Shown piece after piece: positions 1 through 12,395 of a DNA stretch of 44,800 nt. The DNA comes from Coniocarpon cinnabarinum (lineage: Eukaryota): assembly GCA_051942205.1 (NCBI GenBank), contig JAVECO010000184.1, positions 1-44,800 on the forward strand, in the 5' to 3' direction. Under the pieces are notes generated by a model. The model saw nothing but the letters and a program-made list of their open reading frames with translations, did no database searches and was not told the origin of the DNA. Position numbers and translations under genes: made by a program. The stretch's first letter is position 1; the number at the start of each line of letters is the position of its first letter.

Positions 1-295
1 GTTGGTGATGAGATGGTGATGGTGTGGGGAAGGACAGTGCAGAGTAGAGTAGAGTAGGGCAGTGCAGTGCAGATGACAGGTGTGGATTCGTGCTCGATCA
101 GGTTCACTGAGTGCCAATGGAGTTGGGATCCCGTTGGATGAAGAAGATCGTATGATCGAGGTATCAAGATTGAAGTGGAGTTTGGAAAGGAAGGACGTGA
201 AGGAGGGACGTAGCTAAAGACTGGGATGGCAAGGAGGCAGCTGGGAAGCCGAAAAAAGCGTTGTGATCGTGTGTGAACAAGCTGATATCGAGCAG

Positions 296-1421
296 GAAAA
301 TACCCACAATTGAAGGCGTGGAATACGTGTACACCCCTGCATTCGCCGAACAGGTAAGCGAGCGAGCTCAAGTCAAGACTGCGGTGGACAATAAAGGGCA
401 CGGAAGATGCAACGAGTCGCCAAAGCCGAGAAGCTGTTTGATATCGAATCTATGTTGCTACGACGATGCTGCCACTGAGGCCACCACATGCGCAGAGTGT
501 ATACCATGGATGCGGACAGATTCTGAATAGTATATAGGATTATTCACCTGAGAGCATCGCGGCACGTTATCAAAAGTACGCCTCTGGAGGCATTGAGGTA
601 TGACACCCTCGCCTACACTCACATTCATTGACCCTCACCCGTACAAACCACATCCCCTTGACCCTCCCTGCCACCGGCCACGGACACACTCACCCCCATC
701 CTTAACCCCCTTACACGCCTTTAAACCACTCTAACCCACATGAAAACGCACCCGTAGCCCCCTCAAAACCAAACCCCAGCTTATGATAAAAAGCAGGGCT
801 TCACCCACGCCTACGCCGACATCCTGTCCCACGCCCAACCCTCCATAAAACAAATCCTGCTCCACATCCTCAATTACCCACATTCACCCCTCCTCATCCA
901 CTGCGCGGGCGGCAAAGACAGAACGGGCGTCGTGATCGCTCTTATTCTGAGCATTGCTGGTGTCGACGATGAGATCGTGGCGGAGGAGTATGCACTTACG
1001 ATGGTGGGGTTGAGGGATAGGAAAAGTGAGATGGTTGGGCGTTTGTTGGAGCTGGAGGTGCTTGGGGGAAATAGGGAGAAGGCGGAGAGGATGGTAGAAG
1101 CGAGGTGAGTTCTTTTTTCCCTTGTTCTTTTTTTGGAGGGGTAGTTTGCCATGGTTGGGAGGTTTGAGAGGCATGGAAGAAGTGTGATAAGTGAATTAAG
1201 TGAAAGGGTTTGGCTGGTGTGGGAAAGAGATTATTAGAGGTTTTGTGGTGAATGTGGCTAATCTTTGATATAGGAAAGAATACATGATAGGTACTTTGGA
1301 CATGATCAAAGAGAAATATGGAAGTGCGGAGGGCTATGTTATGAATGAGTGTGGACTTGGCCCTGAGGAGTTGGAGGGTGTGAGGAGGAATTTGAGGAGT
1401 CGGCAGGCTGCTGCGCTGTGA
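296..1421 (+). CDS. Cys-based protein tyrosine/serine phosphatase (Y_phosphatase3-like), 5' end outside window
   Basis: Spliced exons 296-353, 538-597, 797-1104, 1274-1421 with GT..AG introns in consistent phase. Translation ...KIPTIEGVEYVYTPAFAEQ|DYSPESIAARYQKYASGGIE|GFTHAYADIL...LIHCAGGKDRTG...EEYALT...KYGSAEGYV...* contains the HCX5R P-loop. Mostly missed by the ORF track. Confidence 0.88.
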
Positions 1422-2477
1422 GACGCTTCGATTTTGGCAATGAGGTCGCGTGCGAAGTCTTGGTTGTTAGACAGTGGATTAGACAGTGGATGAGGTATCT
1501 CGTTGCGATGCTACGCTCTTCTTATATCAATGAGAACGCTAGCATTGCATCCCATGGGAGATTGACACTCCGTCTCGTATCTGCCATTGTTGCTTTTCAC
1601 TGTCAATGAAAGCCCCGCATTGTCAATCATTCCAGGAGACACATACTATAATGTATCCATAAGCTTGTGGGGACCAGCGCCAGACTTCACCACTTCCATC
1701 AAGTCCAGCAGGGCCAGCAATAGCGTTCCCCAATCTAGAGATAATGGTACTGGCACGGATTGGTTTCTTGACTGGAGTAAGTTGAAATCGAGCATCTCCA
1801 TTGAGTTGCGCAAGCTGAAGTTCTACCAAAGTCACCATCGAGGACGGTTTCTGCGAAAGTAACAATACTTGCACCAACAGTACGACAAACACTACTATGT
1901 TTGGTGGCCCTAAAGCTGGAGGCTTTTTTTAGCCGTATACGCAGTCGAGATAGATGTAGAAGAATCGCTTATCTTTTGGTGCGGTTGGGCTTCCTCTCAG
2001 GATTGCAGTGGGTGTGCCAGCCGTTTGCGGAGCAATCTTGGGTGTTCTATAATGACTATGGCTGATGCAATAATAATACGACGTGCTGATGCTCTTACTT
2101 GTGCACAGTCAGATTCACTGCGTTGAGAAGATTCACCGTTGGATTTCCCAAACATCTTCTTTGAGCCGCTTTCGCAACCCGTGCAAGTCAATGCGCTGGA
2201 GTATCGCTATTTCACGGTGTCTTACGTATTGGTTACCTGGTGCGGGGACTCACATCAAATCGGCTCGTCTCAAGCAACCATACATGCCTCTGCTGCGGCA
2301 AAGCTGTGGCGGACAGCCTCAACTGGATAATTCATTTGATGACACTCCTTTCACCCTTCTCGGCACGGGCTCGTATCATGTGACATGCCGATCACCCTCC
2401 ACAACAGAAATCAAAAACATTCAAACACTCAAAAAAACCAAAAATGATAGTTGTGTTGTTTGTATTATCCATTTTGG

Positions 2478-2548
2478 TGCAACGCCTGGGAGTCGAACCC
2501 AGTTCTAAAGCTTGGAAGGCTTCAATGCTACCGATACACCAGCGTTGC
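2478..2548 (-). tRNA. tRNA-Gly (anticodon TCC), intronless
   Basis: Reverse complement folds as a cloverleaf: acceptor GCAACGC/GCGTTGC, anticodon arm GAAGC-CTTCCAA-GCTTT, T arm CTGGG-TTCGACT-CCCAG. Oligo-T Pol III terminator downstream (plus-strand A runs at 2431-2444). Confidence 0.96.
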
Positions 2549-2956
2549 GCATGTGCCTTCACGTGATGATAGGACCATATACATAAAGTATATGCTACAA
2601 TTCATAAGAAAGCCGAGGAAACAATGAACAAGGACGCGAAGCTCCTTTCAACGTCACGAGTGGCTGTGACTCACCTAACAATGCAACATTCATCCAGTCT
2701 CTTAGGAAAATTTCGAACTAGGGGCCGAAGTTACATGCAATGCTGGCAAGGCGGGAGAGCACGAGTCTGAGACTTGCGCTAGATCACGTGCGAGCTTCAT
2801 CAAACATTTGCGTGCGGCTGCTTTCCCGCTGACCAATACCATCATAATTATCACTTGATGGCCGTTCTCATACCGTATGTTACCGAGCACATCAATTGTA
2901 TTCCTAGCGCCATCGCACGCGAGCCCGTTCGGTCTGTGCCACTCATTAGATAGCTC

Positions 2957-3955
2957 ATGCCCCTAGCCCTCCAGCTATGCCTAGCTCTGCTCTACGCCTT
3001 CACTTATGCTATACACTACCCGTCATACTGTGAATACCCCTTGGAGCCGGATCCTTCACTCTATGACATCCCATGGCCGAAAGCGCCATCGCGACGACAG
3101 CCCATGCCTAACTTGAACGCTCGCAAATACTCAGACATCACCTTCATCGGCGCGCACAACTCCGAAGCGCTCCGAACGCCCGAAAATGACTGGTCGCTAT
3201 TCGGCAACCAGTACTTCAATCTCACCACCCAGCTCGATTCCGGCGTCCGCGTGATTCAAGCGCAAGGCCATCGCGATCCGGAAGGGACCGCGCAGATTCG
3301 CCTCTGCCACTCGTTCTGCGTCTTCATGGATGGCGGGAGTCTAGACGGGTACCTGACAGAAGCCAAGGCCTGGCTTGACGCCAATCCGGGCGAGTTCCTG
3401 ACGTTCGTCTGGGTCAATGTCCGGGTGCCGCTGCCGCATTGGGTCATGGCGTACTATAACACGGGCTTTGACGTGATTTCGTATGCGCCGCCTGAGGATA
3501 AGCGCGGACGGATGCGCGTTGATGACTGGCCTACGATTGACGAGATGCTGGATAGTGGCAAGCGCGCGGTCACGTTCTTGTCGAATGGCGCGGACGAGGA
3601 TCGCATTCCGTGGTTGCTCTCCGAGTTTGACTACGTGTTTGAGACTGCGTACGATAATGAGGATCCTGAGAATTTTGACTGTGAGGTCGAACGTCCTTGT
3701 TGGCCGCACAGCATGGTACCGGATCGGCTGTCGTTTGTAAATCACTTCTTGTACGCGAAGGCTGGGTTTGGATTCGTGTATCCCAATGCGACGTACGCGA
3801 ACCATACCAACGGCGCTGGCACGACAGAAGGAGAGCTTGGGGAGCATGCAATGAGGTGCAGAGCGCGATACGAGAGGCGGCCAAACTTTTTGTTGGTGGA
3901 CTTTTTCAATGAAGGTGACGTCTGGGCGGTGGAGCACGGTATGAACGCCTTTTGA
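2957..3955 (+). CDS. Secreted PI-PLC X-domain-like (PLC-like) phosphodiesterase
   Basis: Intronless 332-aa ORF with an N-terminal signal peptide. Motifs FIGAHNS, NQ..LTTQLDSGVR, RLCHS, WPTIDEM, RRPNFLLVDFF are typical of fungal PLC-like phosphodiesterases. Confidence 0.88.
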   Translation: MPLALQLCLALLYAFTYAIHYPSYCEYPLEPDPSLYDIPWPKAPSRRQPMPNLNARKYSDITFIGAHNSEALRTPENDWSLFGNQYFNLTTQLDSGVRVIQAQGHRDPEGTAQIRLCHSFCVFMDGGSLDGYLTEAKAWLDANPGEFLTFVWVNVRVPLPHWVMAYYNTGFDVISYAPPEDKRGRMRVDDWPTIDEMLDSGKRAVTFLSNGADEDRIPWLLSEFDYVFETAYDNEDPENFDCEVERPCWPHSMVPDRLSFVNHFLYAKAGFGFVYPNATYANHTNGAGTTEGELGEHAMRCRARYERRPNFLLVDFFNEGDVWAVEHGMNAF

Positions 3956-4038
3956 ATAGAGCTCGATCTATCTGTACAGTGTAAAGTCAACTTCACGACA
4001 TGGAGAGTGTTGTTATTCATTGATCAATGCTTTGACGT

Positions 4039-4068
<30 letters not shown>
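4039..4068. repeat. (AGC)10 microsatellite
   Basis: Directly visible perfect trinucleotide repeat just 3' of the PLC-like gene. Confidence 0.95.
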
Positions 4069-4071
<3 letters not shown>

Positions 4072-7000
4072 GAATCAGCAGATTCTGGACAAGTAGAGCA
4101 CCAGCCATGTCACAAAGACCTCAATCTGTCGAATCTTGCTAACAGTATTGGAAAGATTTTATTTATTCTCAAGACGCTACAAGCACAAACTTTCGCATTA
4201 GTGACAAGTGCAGCGCTTTGCAGCAATTCACTTCTCGGACCTCAATGCAGCGCTTCGTTGCCTACAAAACTGTTGGTTTCCGATGGCAGCCATGTTGGAG
4301 TCTGAGCATGCCTCCCCCAGCCTAGCAACGTCGAGCCTCAAGCTCAAGCTCCTTGCTATGAGGTACTAAGGAAATGCCGTCGATTGGCTCTCACGACTGC
4401 CCTTTAAACACAATTGTACTGCTCTGCAATATGTTGCTGCTCCGTAGAAGCGTCTCAGCAGGACGCTATCGTCTCCTCGACGCGGGTAGGTACCCGCAAC
4501 CTTGGCTGTTTAGAGGACCCGGTTGTGCACATGTCCTCCATTAAGCTGGGCTTGGCCACAAACTTCCAGCAGAATTGAAATGATTACGAAAGCACTCTCG
4601 ATCAGGACGTCGGTCGTCTAATCTTTAGCCCTTGCATGGGTAGCAAAAGTTGACTAAAAACGTTCGCTTCAAAATTTAGTATTGTGGCCCTTTTCCATTC
4701 ACACATCGGGAGGTTACCGTCCTCATCGAGCACGCGCCAGCATCAAGATAAGCTGCTAGCGTCTTCCTCGACGTCCGATAGGAACACTGCAATTATTATA
4801 GCAACGCGTCACTATGCGTCATTCTGGAATGCAGGAATGGCTCAGGTCTCTGCGCAGCTTGACTGCAAAAGTTCATGTCTTCAGCTGCTTGAGACTTGGA
4901 TCAGGTGCAATGCTTCGTACATTGCGTGTTTTAGTAACCTGTGAGTGATTCTCCCATTATGGCATATTAAGACCGCATCTAGAACATCACTAGCATGTAA
5001 TAAAGCGAGGCAAGACAATATGAGGCTTCATGTGAGCAAAAGATCAAGTGAATGATATAGGCGATGAAGGTACAACTCTGTTCACAATGACTAGCAAGGT
5101 CGGCAATAGGATCAAGACGATAGCCACTGACTTACGTGACGTGGCTGTAATGAAGTCAGTACCAAACGCCGACCTATCTCTTTCGCACTTACGCGGCGAG
5201 CTTTCACGATGTAGCAGAACCAGTGAGGTTTGCCGAAGTGGGCATGAACTTTGTGCGGTCAACTAGCATAATATCAAACGGTTAGAAGCCACAGGTGATG
5301 CCATCAAGATGCAACAAACAAAGTTAATGATAGTGGGCCACGCTTGTGTCTACCTGATCCAACCCCGGAGCTACGGTAGTACTCAATGTGTGCTCTCGTT
5401 GCAGGTGGGATTGCGCTGCTTCTCTTCATTTGCGGATTTGTAGGCGCCTGCGCCAAGCACTAGCGAACAGTGTCAGTCTATTCGCCAGCGACGACACAGC
5501 ATGGATTAGATACTTACATGAAGACTGAGGTGACAGACTCTGAACAGGCGCATCAACGCTTCATGGATTGGGGTCCTCATCAGGCATCGGCTCGCCTTTT
5601 TGCACGTGATGTGCAGCAAGCTTTTCCCGACAGTCTACACAGTACTTCTTCAGACTCCAGTGATAATCGCTACCTTTCGACTGATAGGCTTTTTTTGAGC
5701 AAGAGCCTTCAAACCCTGCACAGTCATTGCGGCTAGGGTCCGTCGTTGGCTTTATTCCAGTGGGCTGGTTTAGGCCTGTGGGCATGGCTGTGACGGTAAA
5801 TCAGAATCTCGTTTGAATAAAGTAATGCTTCAAGGATTTATTTTGTGACAATATTGATACACTATGTGCGGGTCTTATTTCTAACATGCGCGACTGCTCT
5901 GTACCTTACCTGAGTGACAGCTGTCCCTAGGCATTTGAAACGAGGCGCTCACTGTAGCCCGCTTCGATACTTTGTGATCTCCTCGAGCCCTTCGCAAACA
6001 AGCGCTTCCAGAATGACAACTGTCTTCGATGATGTTGAATCAACGTACTTGACGCACTGTGATTCGATGTTTTGCGACGCCATCAGGCTCTCCAGGCGTC
6101 CTGGGCTTTCCAGGCCGTCCGGATCTTCCGGCAACCTCGTTGATGACCATAGCTTTTCTTCCAAGGGTGTTTCACCAAGGACCTACCGTTCTGCCCGGCA
6201 ATAGAGCTGTAAATGCGCTTCCCTGGTGGAAATAGTGTGAACACACTCTCGCGTATCTCGTGACACCTCTGACAATTAGAGAAACACAGTGCAGTATAGT
6301 TCTAGGACCATTGAATCGCGAACCAAGTCCTAACAGCCGAATGCGAACATCGTAGGGGAGCGCAATGTCACGAAGAGGCGTTCGTAAACACTAAAGTGGT
6401 AGGTCGCTTGGGGCCGGCACAGCGCAGGATTCGTTAGAGAAACACCGAGCGTTTGGATTTTCATCCGTAACAGCCGGAGGATCAGACCAGAAGCAAGCAG
6501 CTCTATTCTGCCTCGTACCCTGCTGGCATTTTGTTGGACGCCTGGTGGACCTCTCTGAGATCTAAGCGGCGAGGGAAGCACTTGCAGACAGGAACGAATT
6601 AACGGACGTGCACCCAGTTCAAGGCTTAGCCCTCTGAGCATCTTTGGGAGATGCAATCGTTCGAAGCTCCTTCGCGAAAATGCTTCAAGGCATGGCGGTA
6701 GCTATTGAGACTGTAGCTGGATCATGTATGACTGTTTTCTGTAATGACGAAGCCCAATTCCGCCTGGGCGTTGCAGACCGAGGCTGTGATTACGCTGGGT
6801 TGCTGGGGCGGACGGACGATTTTGTGTAGACGTGTTTTGAAGCACCTCACTTGAATCAGCAATGTGCTTGCGATGTGCCTTTCCAAAAATCGCTGCAAGC
6901 ACTTTTTGAAAGGGGATCCGCAAAGCTAGTTCTGGAAGTCAGGGCGTAGTGGCTGGTAGCTCTGGTTGAGATATGACGGCCAGTGATCCATTCGGATCCA

Positions 7001-7413
7001 CACTGATTTCTCTTCTGCTCGTACTCAAAGTGACACCGCAAATTTGTAGGTGAGAGCTCAGACCAGCAATACAGAAACACACATGGCCTCCTCTAGTGCA
7101 AAGACTCTGTAAATAGCAGGCCAGCCTAGGAGGTCCGAACTAGCCGCACCGTGTTGGACGGGACGTGTGCCGTGACGTCACTCGTACCTTTTAATAATTG
7201 GTTATTGCTTAATCTCCATGCCGCGTCTTGTCACGCCCCATCGAGAAGAGAAAGCAAACCATGAGGTACTGACGATCCGTTTTGACTCAAACGTGGAGTG
7301 CAAGGGATTTCATGAAGTAGCGATACAGAACTGTCGGGAAACCATACCTAAGGCTGCAATATCGAATTTCTCCGTGAATCACAAAATACACTGGTCCGTC
7401 GCGGTGACCAATC

Positions 7414-8320
7414 TCAAAGATGCTGATCTTCCAATGGTCGCATCATGGAAGGCTTGAGTGGCGGACGAATCATGAAAATGTATTCCTGTGTGCCTTTGTC
7501 GCTGAATTCAAGAGGGGGAGTTAGCTTACAATGCTTCTGCGCCTTGAAGCCATGTTGAGCGTAGAATGATTCGGATCTCAATGCGCTCTCAACGATACAC
7601 TTGAAATAATCAACTTAGCGTGCTCCCACTGATGTACGGAACAAATTACTGCGCTGGAGCTGAGAGGAGGTTGTTACGTACTTGTGCACCTATTTTGTCA
7701 GCTTGATCTGTGCCCCATTTCAGGAAGGCTGCTCCCGCGCCACGGCCCTGAAAACCTGGCTGAACCGCAAGAACATCTATGCCTGAGAAGGCGTGGTTAT
7801 TAGTGGATGAGTGAGCAAGCTATTGAAAAAAGCGAGCCTCTCATGCCAAATGCTCGTAAGTGTGAAGACACTCACAAAAGATGGCTTCATGCTTGCTAGT
7901 GGAATTGAGCTTCTCTTGACGAGCAGCGAGGTAGGCTTTTTGCAGCCATTCTACAAAAAGTTTGTCCCTGTCGCTTTCCCACCAATTGCCCTCAGCTTCG
8001 GAACTCAGGACTGGGGATTCTTGGCCTTTCTCTTTGATCAGCCAGCGACCATATCCAATCCAACAGTTAACGTCATGGACACCTAGATCCTTGGCGTCCG
8101 CACCAATAAGATCTGGATCGACAATCTTGAGATGCTTCATCATTGGATCAGCTATGAAACCTGGTGATGTGAATCGCTGGCAAGCGGCTCGACGCCCAGA
8201 GGTCGTCCAATGTTTGGGATAGACTTCATCCACGAAGGTGTGCTCGCGAGCCATGGTATCAAACTTGATAGCGCATGCACGTGCCATTGCAGCGGGATCG
8301 CTGATCGTTGAGACCTCCAT
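7414..8320 (-). CDS. GNAT-family N-acetyltransferase
   Basis: Exons 8320-7876, 7782-7682, 7599-7414. Translation MEVSTISDP...IGYGRW...C|IDVLAVQPGFQGRGAGAAFLKWGTDQADKIGAQ|CIVESALRSESFYAQHGF...YIFMIRP...* contains acetyl-CoA motif A (QGRGAG) and motif B (FY...GF). Confidence 0.88.
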
Positions 8321-8888
8321 TTCGATACAACTGTTGCTGGGGCACTTGCAAACGTTGATCTCAGTACATAATGCTCGCCGCCAATGAGTGCAGCAGATGT
8401 GTTGTAGAGGCCTCACTTGCTCCAGAACCTTCATTCGTACACCTTCAGACCATATCTCGTGAAGGAGAGAGACCAGGCTACCACACACCAGTGTATCAAA
8501 GGCGGCCGACAAGCTGAGACAATTACGTGTCGGTATCCGGCAAAATCTCGGATGTCCTTCGAGCACGCACGGTACGCCAACTGCCTCGTTCCCCAGTCAT
8601 ATTCGAGTAGGAACACGCTCTGTGAAGTAAGCCCACACGCGTGCCTTCCAATCGGGCTGAGGAGCATCTACCCGTGGCGTGAAGTGCGCTGACACGAGCA
8701 AGGCATGCGGCGAGGAGTCGCCTTGGTTTAGATGCTTAAAGAAGAGAATTCGTCCTCACGCATCTGTCGATGTCGTTTTCTTAGTGTCCAGAACATCTGT
8801 GACGATATAGCATTGACAATTGAAGCGTATTCAATTTAAAGATCTGTTGAAATCACTCATTGCGCCGACAAGCGGTGAGGGGTGGTAA

Positions 8889-10511
8889 GGACCTATCAAA
8901 GAAAGAAAGCCAGATCTCATTACGACGGAAGCATCGGATGCGCTCCCAAAGGATGACAGTGAGGTCGTGTCACCTGGCACAGATGCCATAGATTTTGAGC
9001 CTGGTGATCTCGCCGACCCTTTCGACTGGTCTGTCTAAGCTAGACAAAATTACGATACTGGGGCTGCCCATATTCTTGAACATGGCAAAGTCAGTACGTG
9101 GAGCTGCAATTTGAAACTCTTGTGCAGGGGCTTCCAGACAAGAAGCATTGACTAATAGCTCTGGCCAACTCGCAACGCTAATCTCTGCGCCAGCAGCACC
9201 GCAGAACTGTCTGACTTTCGCTCATCGAGCATGACGTCGCGGACCCTCCTCGTTTCAGTGTGGGAAGTGAGCGAAATCACAGGTCCACTGCTCCATGGCA
9301 CCTTGTCTGAGCTGGAGAAGACCGGTGATATACGGTGCAAACATCAGCTACGTATGCTTCTTCATAGTGGCATCGCTCAGCCCCAATATCCAGACACTAA
9401 TAGCTTTTCGTTTTCTGACTGGTAGCGCTGCGGTTGCTCCAATACTCACCCCAACTATTATTGGGGATGTATATCCAAAGGAAAATCGTGGCAAAGTCTT
9501 ATCCACTAATATGGCCGTGCAGGAAATCAGCCTAATCATAGATCCAATTATTGGCAGCTACTTGCGTGAAGCTCGTGGCTGGCGTTGGTCATTCTGGTTG
9601 CCTACCATTCTGTCCTCCTATAATGCTCTCCTCTTCCTATTCGTGTACCAAGAGAGTTACAGAGTAAAGATCTTGGAGCAGAAAGGCCAAGGCCCTTCGC
9701 AAAGCCACGAGAAACCAAGCTCTGCATTTCACATACACCACGAACAGGACTCGATACAAGCACCTTGTGGACGCGTCAATCAGACCTTTGCGATTCCTTT
9801 TTCACCGCTTCGATGTTGACATTGGTAACGCTTAACATCAGCATTTCATATGTCTTGTGCAATATCGCCATTACTAACATTGCTCCATTGTTTCAACAAG
9901 TCTATGCCTTCTCAGAGGGAGCGTCGGGGTTGACATTCTCGGGTTGGGGAGGTATCCAAAGCGTTCATCGCGCCATCGGACTGATGAAGGTCTCAGCGGA
10001 CAGGGCTCCACGTTCAACCATAAATTTCATAGCCGGCAGCTCAACTCTTACTTTGATCCATGATAGACTCCTTAATGGGACATCAAAGAGGGCTGGTATC
10101 ACGCTTTGAATTTGCTTGCCACCTTTGATCATCACTGACTTTGCATTGTCGATTGGGTTCTTCTTCTTTGGCTGGACGATGCAGAAGCGAGTCCACCGGA
10201 TTGCTCCCCAAGTAGGATTCGCTTTCATAGGTCTTGAAAATATCGCAACGGCTATCGTATCGCGCGGTTACGTCATCGATGCGTTCAGTATTTATGGTGC
10301 AAGCGCAATCGCAGCGATGCTGGTGCCTATGAACATAGTGGCCGCATTCTTCCCGCTCGTGGGCTCATCCTTGTACGCCAAGTTGGGTCTTGGATGGGGG
10401 AACTCCATACTTGAATTTGTTGCGTTGGAATTGTTACCGCTCTCAATCATACTCATCTTGTTCAGCGAAAAAATTAGGACTCGGAGAACACTTGCCATTG
10501 TCGACCAGTGA
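8889..10511 (+). pseudogene. MFS drug:H+ antiporter (DHA1-like) pseudogene
   Basis: Family motifs are spread over different frames: IDFEPGDLADPFDWSV* (stop 9036-9038), GPLL..LSE/RRPV broken near 9290-9320, LIAFRFLTG, GDVYPKENRG, GWRWSFW, +1 shift near 9684 (KAKALRKAT..IRPL), in-frame TGA 10107-10109, then YVIDAF..YGASAIAA..LGLGWGNSIL. No intact start codon found. Confidence 0.85.
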
Positions 10512-11198
10512 AGGACAAATTAATGTGTTGCCGCTCTGGCGCGAAGCTCGACTCTCGGCTCAAATCTTGCATCGGCAGATCAGTTTCCCGCGCGGCTGCG
10601 CCTCCCTCGCTCGGTTCGAGGTCATGCTGTTTTATGCATTTCAGAAACATAGGAGCACAGAAAGAATACCTTATTTATCCGTATGATTTCCCTACCCTGT
10701 GTTATTATAGTTTCAAATGTCAGTATAAGTATTCAGTATCAGTGAAGAATATTGGGAATCATTTCACGACTTCGTAGTCTTCATCCTGGCTGCTCCAAAC
10801 AAAAAAGGCCCAAGGATGCCTGCGGCGCAACGAAGCAGAGCACGTGGTCTGCTTTCTTAGATTTGCCCACCTGTGCGTTCGCTAGTATCCGCCAAGTCAG
10901 TGTTCGATGACAGCTCTTGAGACTGCCGAGGGTGATGTGGCGTTGAAAGCCAAAGGGTATCTGAGCAACGGAAGAAGTTATTTGCGCCAAATGGAAAAAC
11001 TTCTTTACACTAAAGTAGGTGGGTTACAAAAGGGCTGTCCTCCAGACCCCGAATCTCGGTCGACTAAAATGATAGCTTGGACAAGCTCGGGATATTTTGT
11101 TCGTTTTGGGATCTTGTGGCCCCAACCTTCAAGAAGTTATTAGACAGCTTGTCACTTTCTTCCTGCGTTCACACAAAGCTCCTGGGGCAGCAACGACT

Positions 11199-12256
11199 AT
11201 GAGTGCTCTTGCAAATCAAGCAGTCACTATCCTCCCGGCCGCCGCACTTGTCGGCGCTGCGGTCGTCCTTCAACCTAACTACCTTCCTTTCGCAGTTGCG
11301 GGCGCAGCGACATGGACGGGCTACCGCATCTATACGGGCGCGAGTGGTCTCACAGGTGCTGCGCCCAGAAAGGCCGTCAGTGAAGCCAAAAGTACGGCTT
11401 CGAAGGTCGCGAATGCGGTCAACCGCAATACGCTCGGAGTGGTGAACCCGGATGTATTCCAAGAGTTTACGTTGACCGAGAAGAAGCAAACAAGTCACAA
11501 TACCGCCATGTAAGTGATGACAGCGCCTGTAGCATCGGCGCTGGTCGAATGGAGCTAATGACGAGCAGTTATCGTTTTGGTCTTCCCAAATCTACCGACG
11601 TCCTTGGTCTGCCAATCGGCCAACACATTTCTCTCGCCGCGCACGTAGAAGGGGAGGAGAAGGAAGTCGTCCGCTCATATACCCCAATCTCCTCCGATGA
11701 CAGAGATAAAGGGTATTTTGACCTCATGATCAAGTCCTACCCGACTGGTCGAATTTCGAAGCACATGGGCACGCTGAAAGAGGGAGATACAATGCGGGTG
11801 AAAGGCCCTAAGGGCGCAATGAAATACGAGCAGAATATGTGCCGTCATATTGGCATGATTGCAGGTGGCACTGGCATCACACCAATGCTGCAGATCGTCA
11901 AAGCCATCTCGAGGGGCCGGAGCGCAGGAGACAAGACGGTCGTGGATCTGATCTTTGCGAATGTGAATCAAGACGACATTTTACTCCGAGAAGATCTAGA
12001 CGAGCTGGCCGAGAGTGATGCCGACTTCCGCGTGCATTACGTCTTGAACAACCCACCACCAGGTTGGACGGGAGGTGTTGGGTTCGTGACGCCGGAGATG
12101 ATCAAGACGAACATGCCCGCGCCGGCGGACGACATTAAGATTTTGGTGTGCGGTCCCCCTCCAATGGTCAAGGCGATGCAAAAGGCTGTGACTGAGATAG
12201 GATACGAGAAGCCGAGGACGATCAGCAAGCTCCAAGATCAGATCTTCTGCTTCTAG
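11199..12256 (+). CDS. CBR1: NADH-cytochrome b5 reductase 1
   Basis: Exons 11199-11509 and 11569-12256 (59-nt intron GTAAGT..GCTAAT..CAG). N-terminal membrane anchor; motifs [42 protein letters not shown]. Confidence 0.93.
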
Positions 12257-12395
12257 ATTTGCATTTACGAGCATAGCGAGGCCAAACAGATGAAGTCGAA
12301 TGCCACGGCATGAGAAAAGTGGATAGATCTCCTGTGTTAGAGCTCAACGAAAGATACCATCCGATCGCGTCTTGAGGGATGCTTGATTTCCTAAT

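Noticed and set aside
36..72. Short pentamer repeats (AGAGT/CAGTG); also a 12-bp duplication near 1467-1491 and (CCGCTC)3 near 13868
   Set aside because: Ordinary simple repeats; no CRISPR-like or transposon-terminal organisation.
1587..2330. Short ORFs with protein-like composition upstream of the tRNA
   Set aside because: No valid ATG-to-stop model or family motif; at most a decayed fragment.
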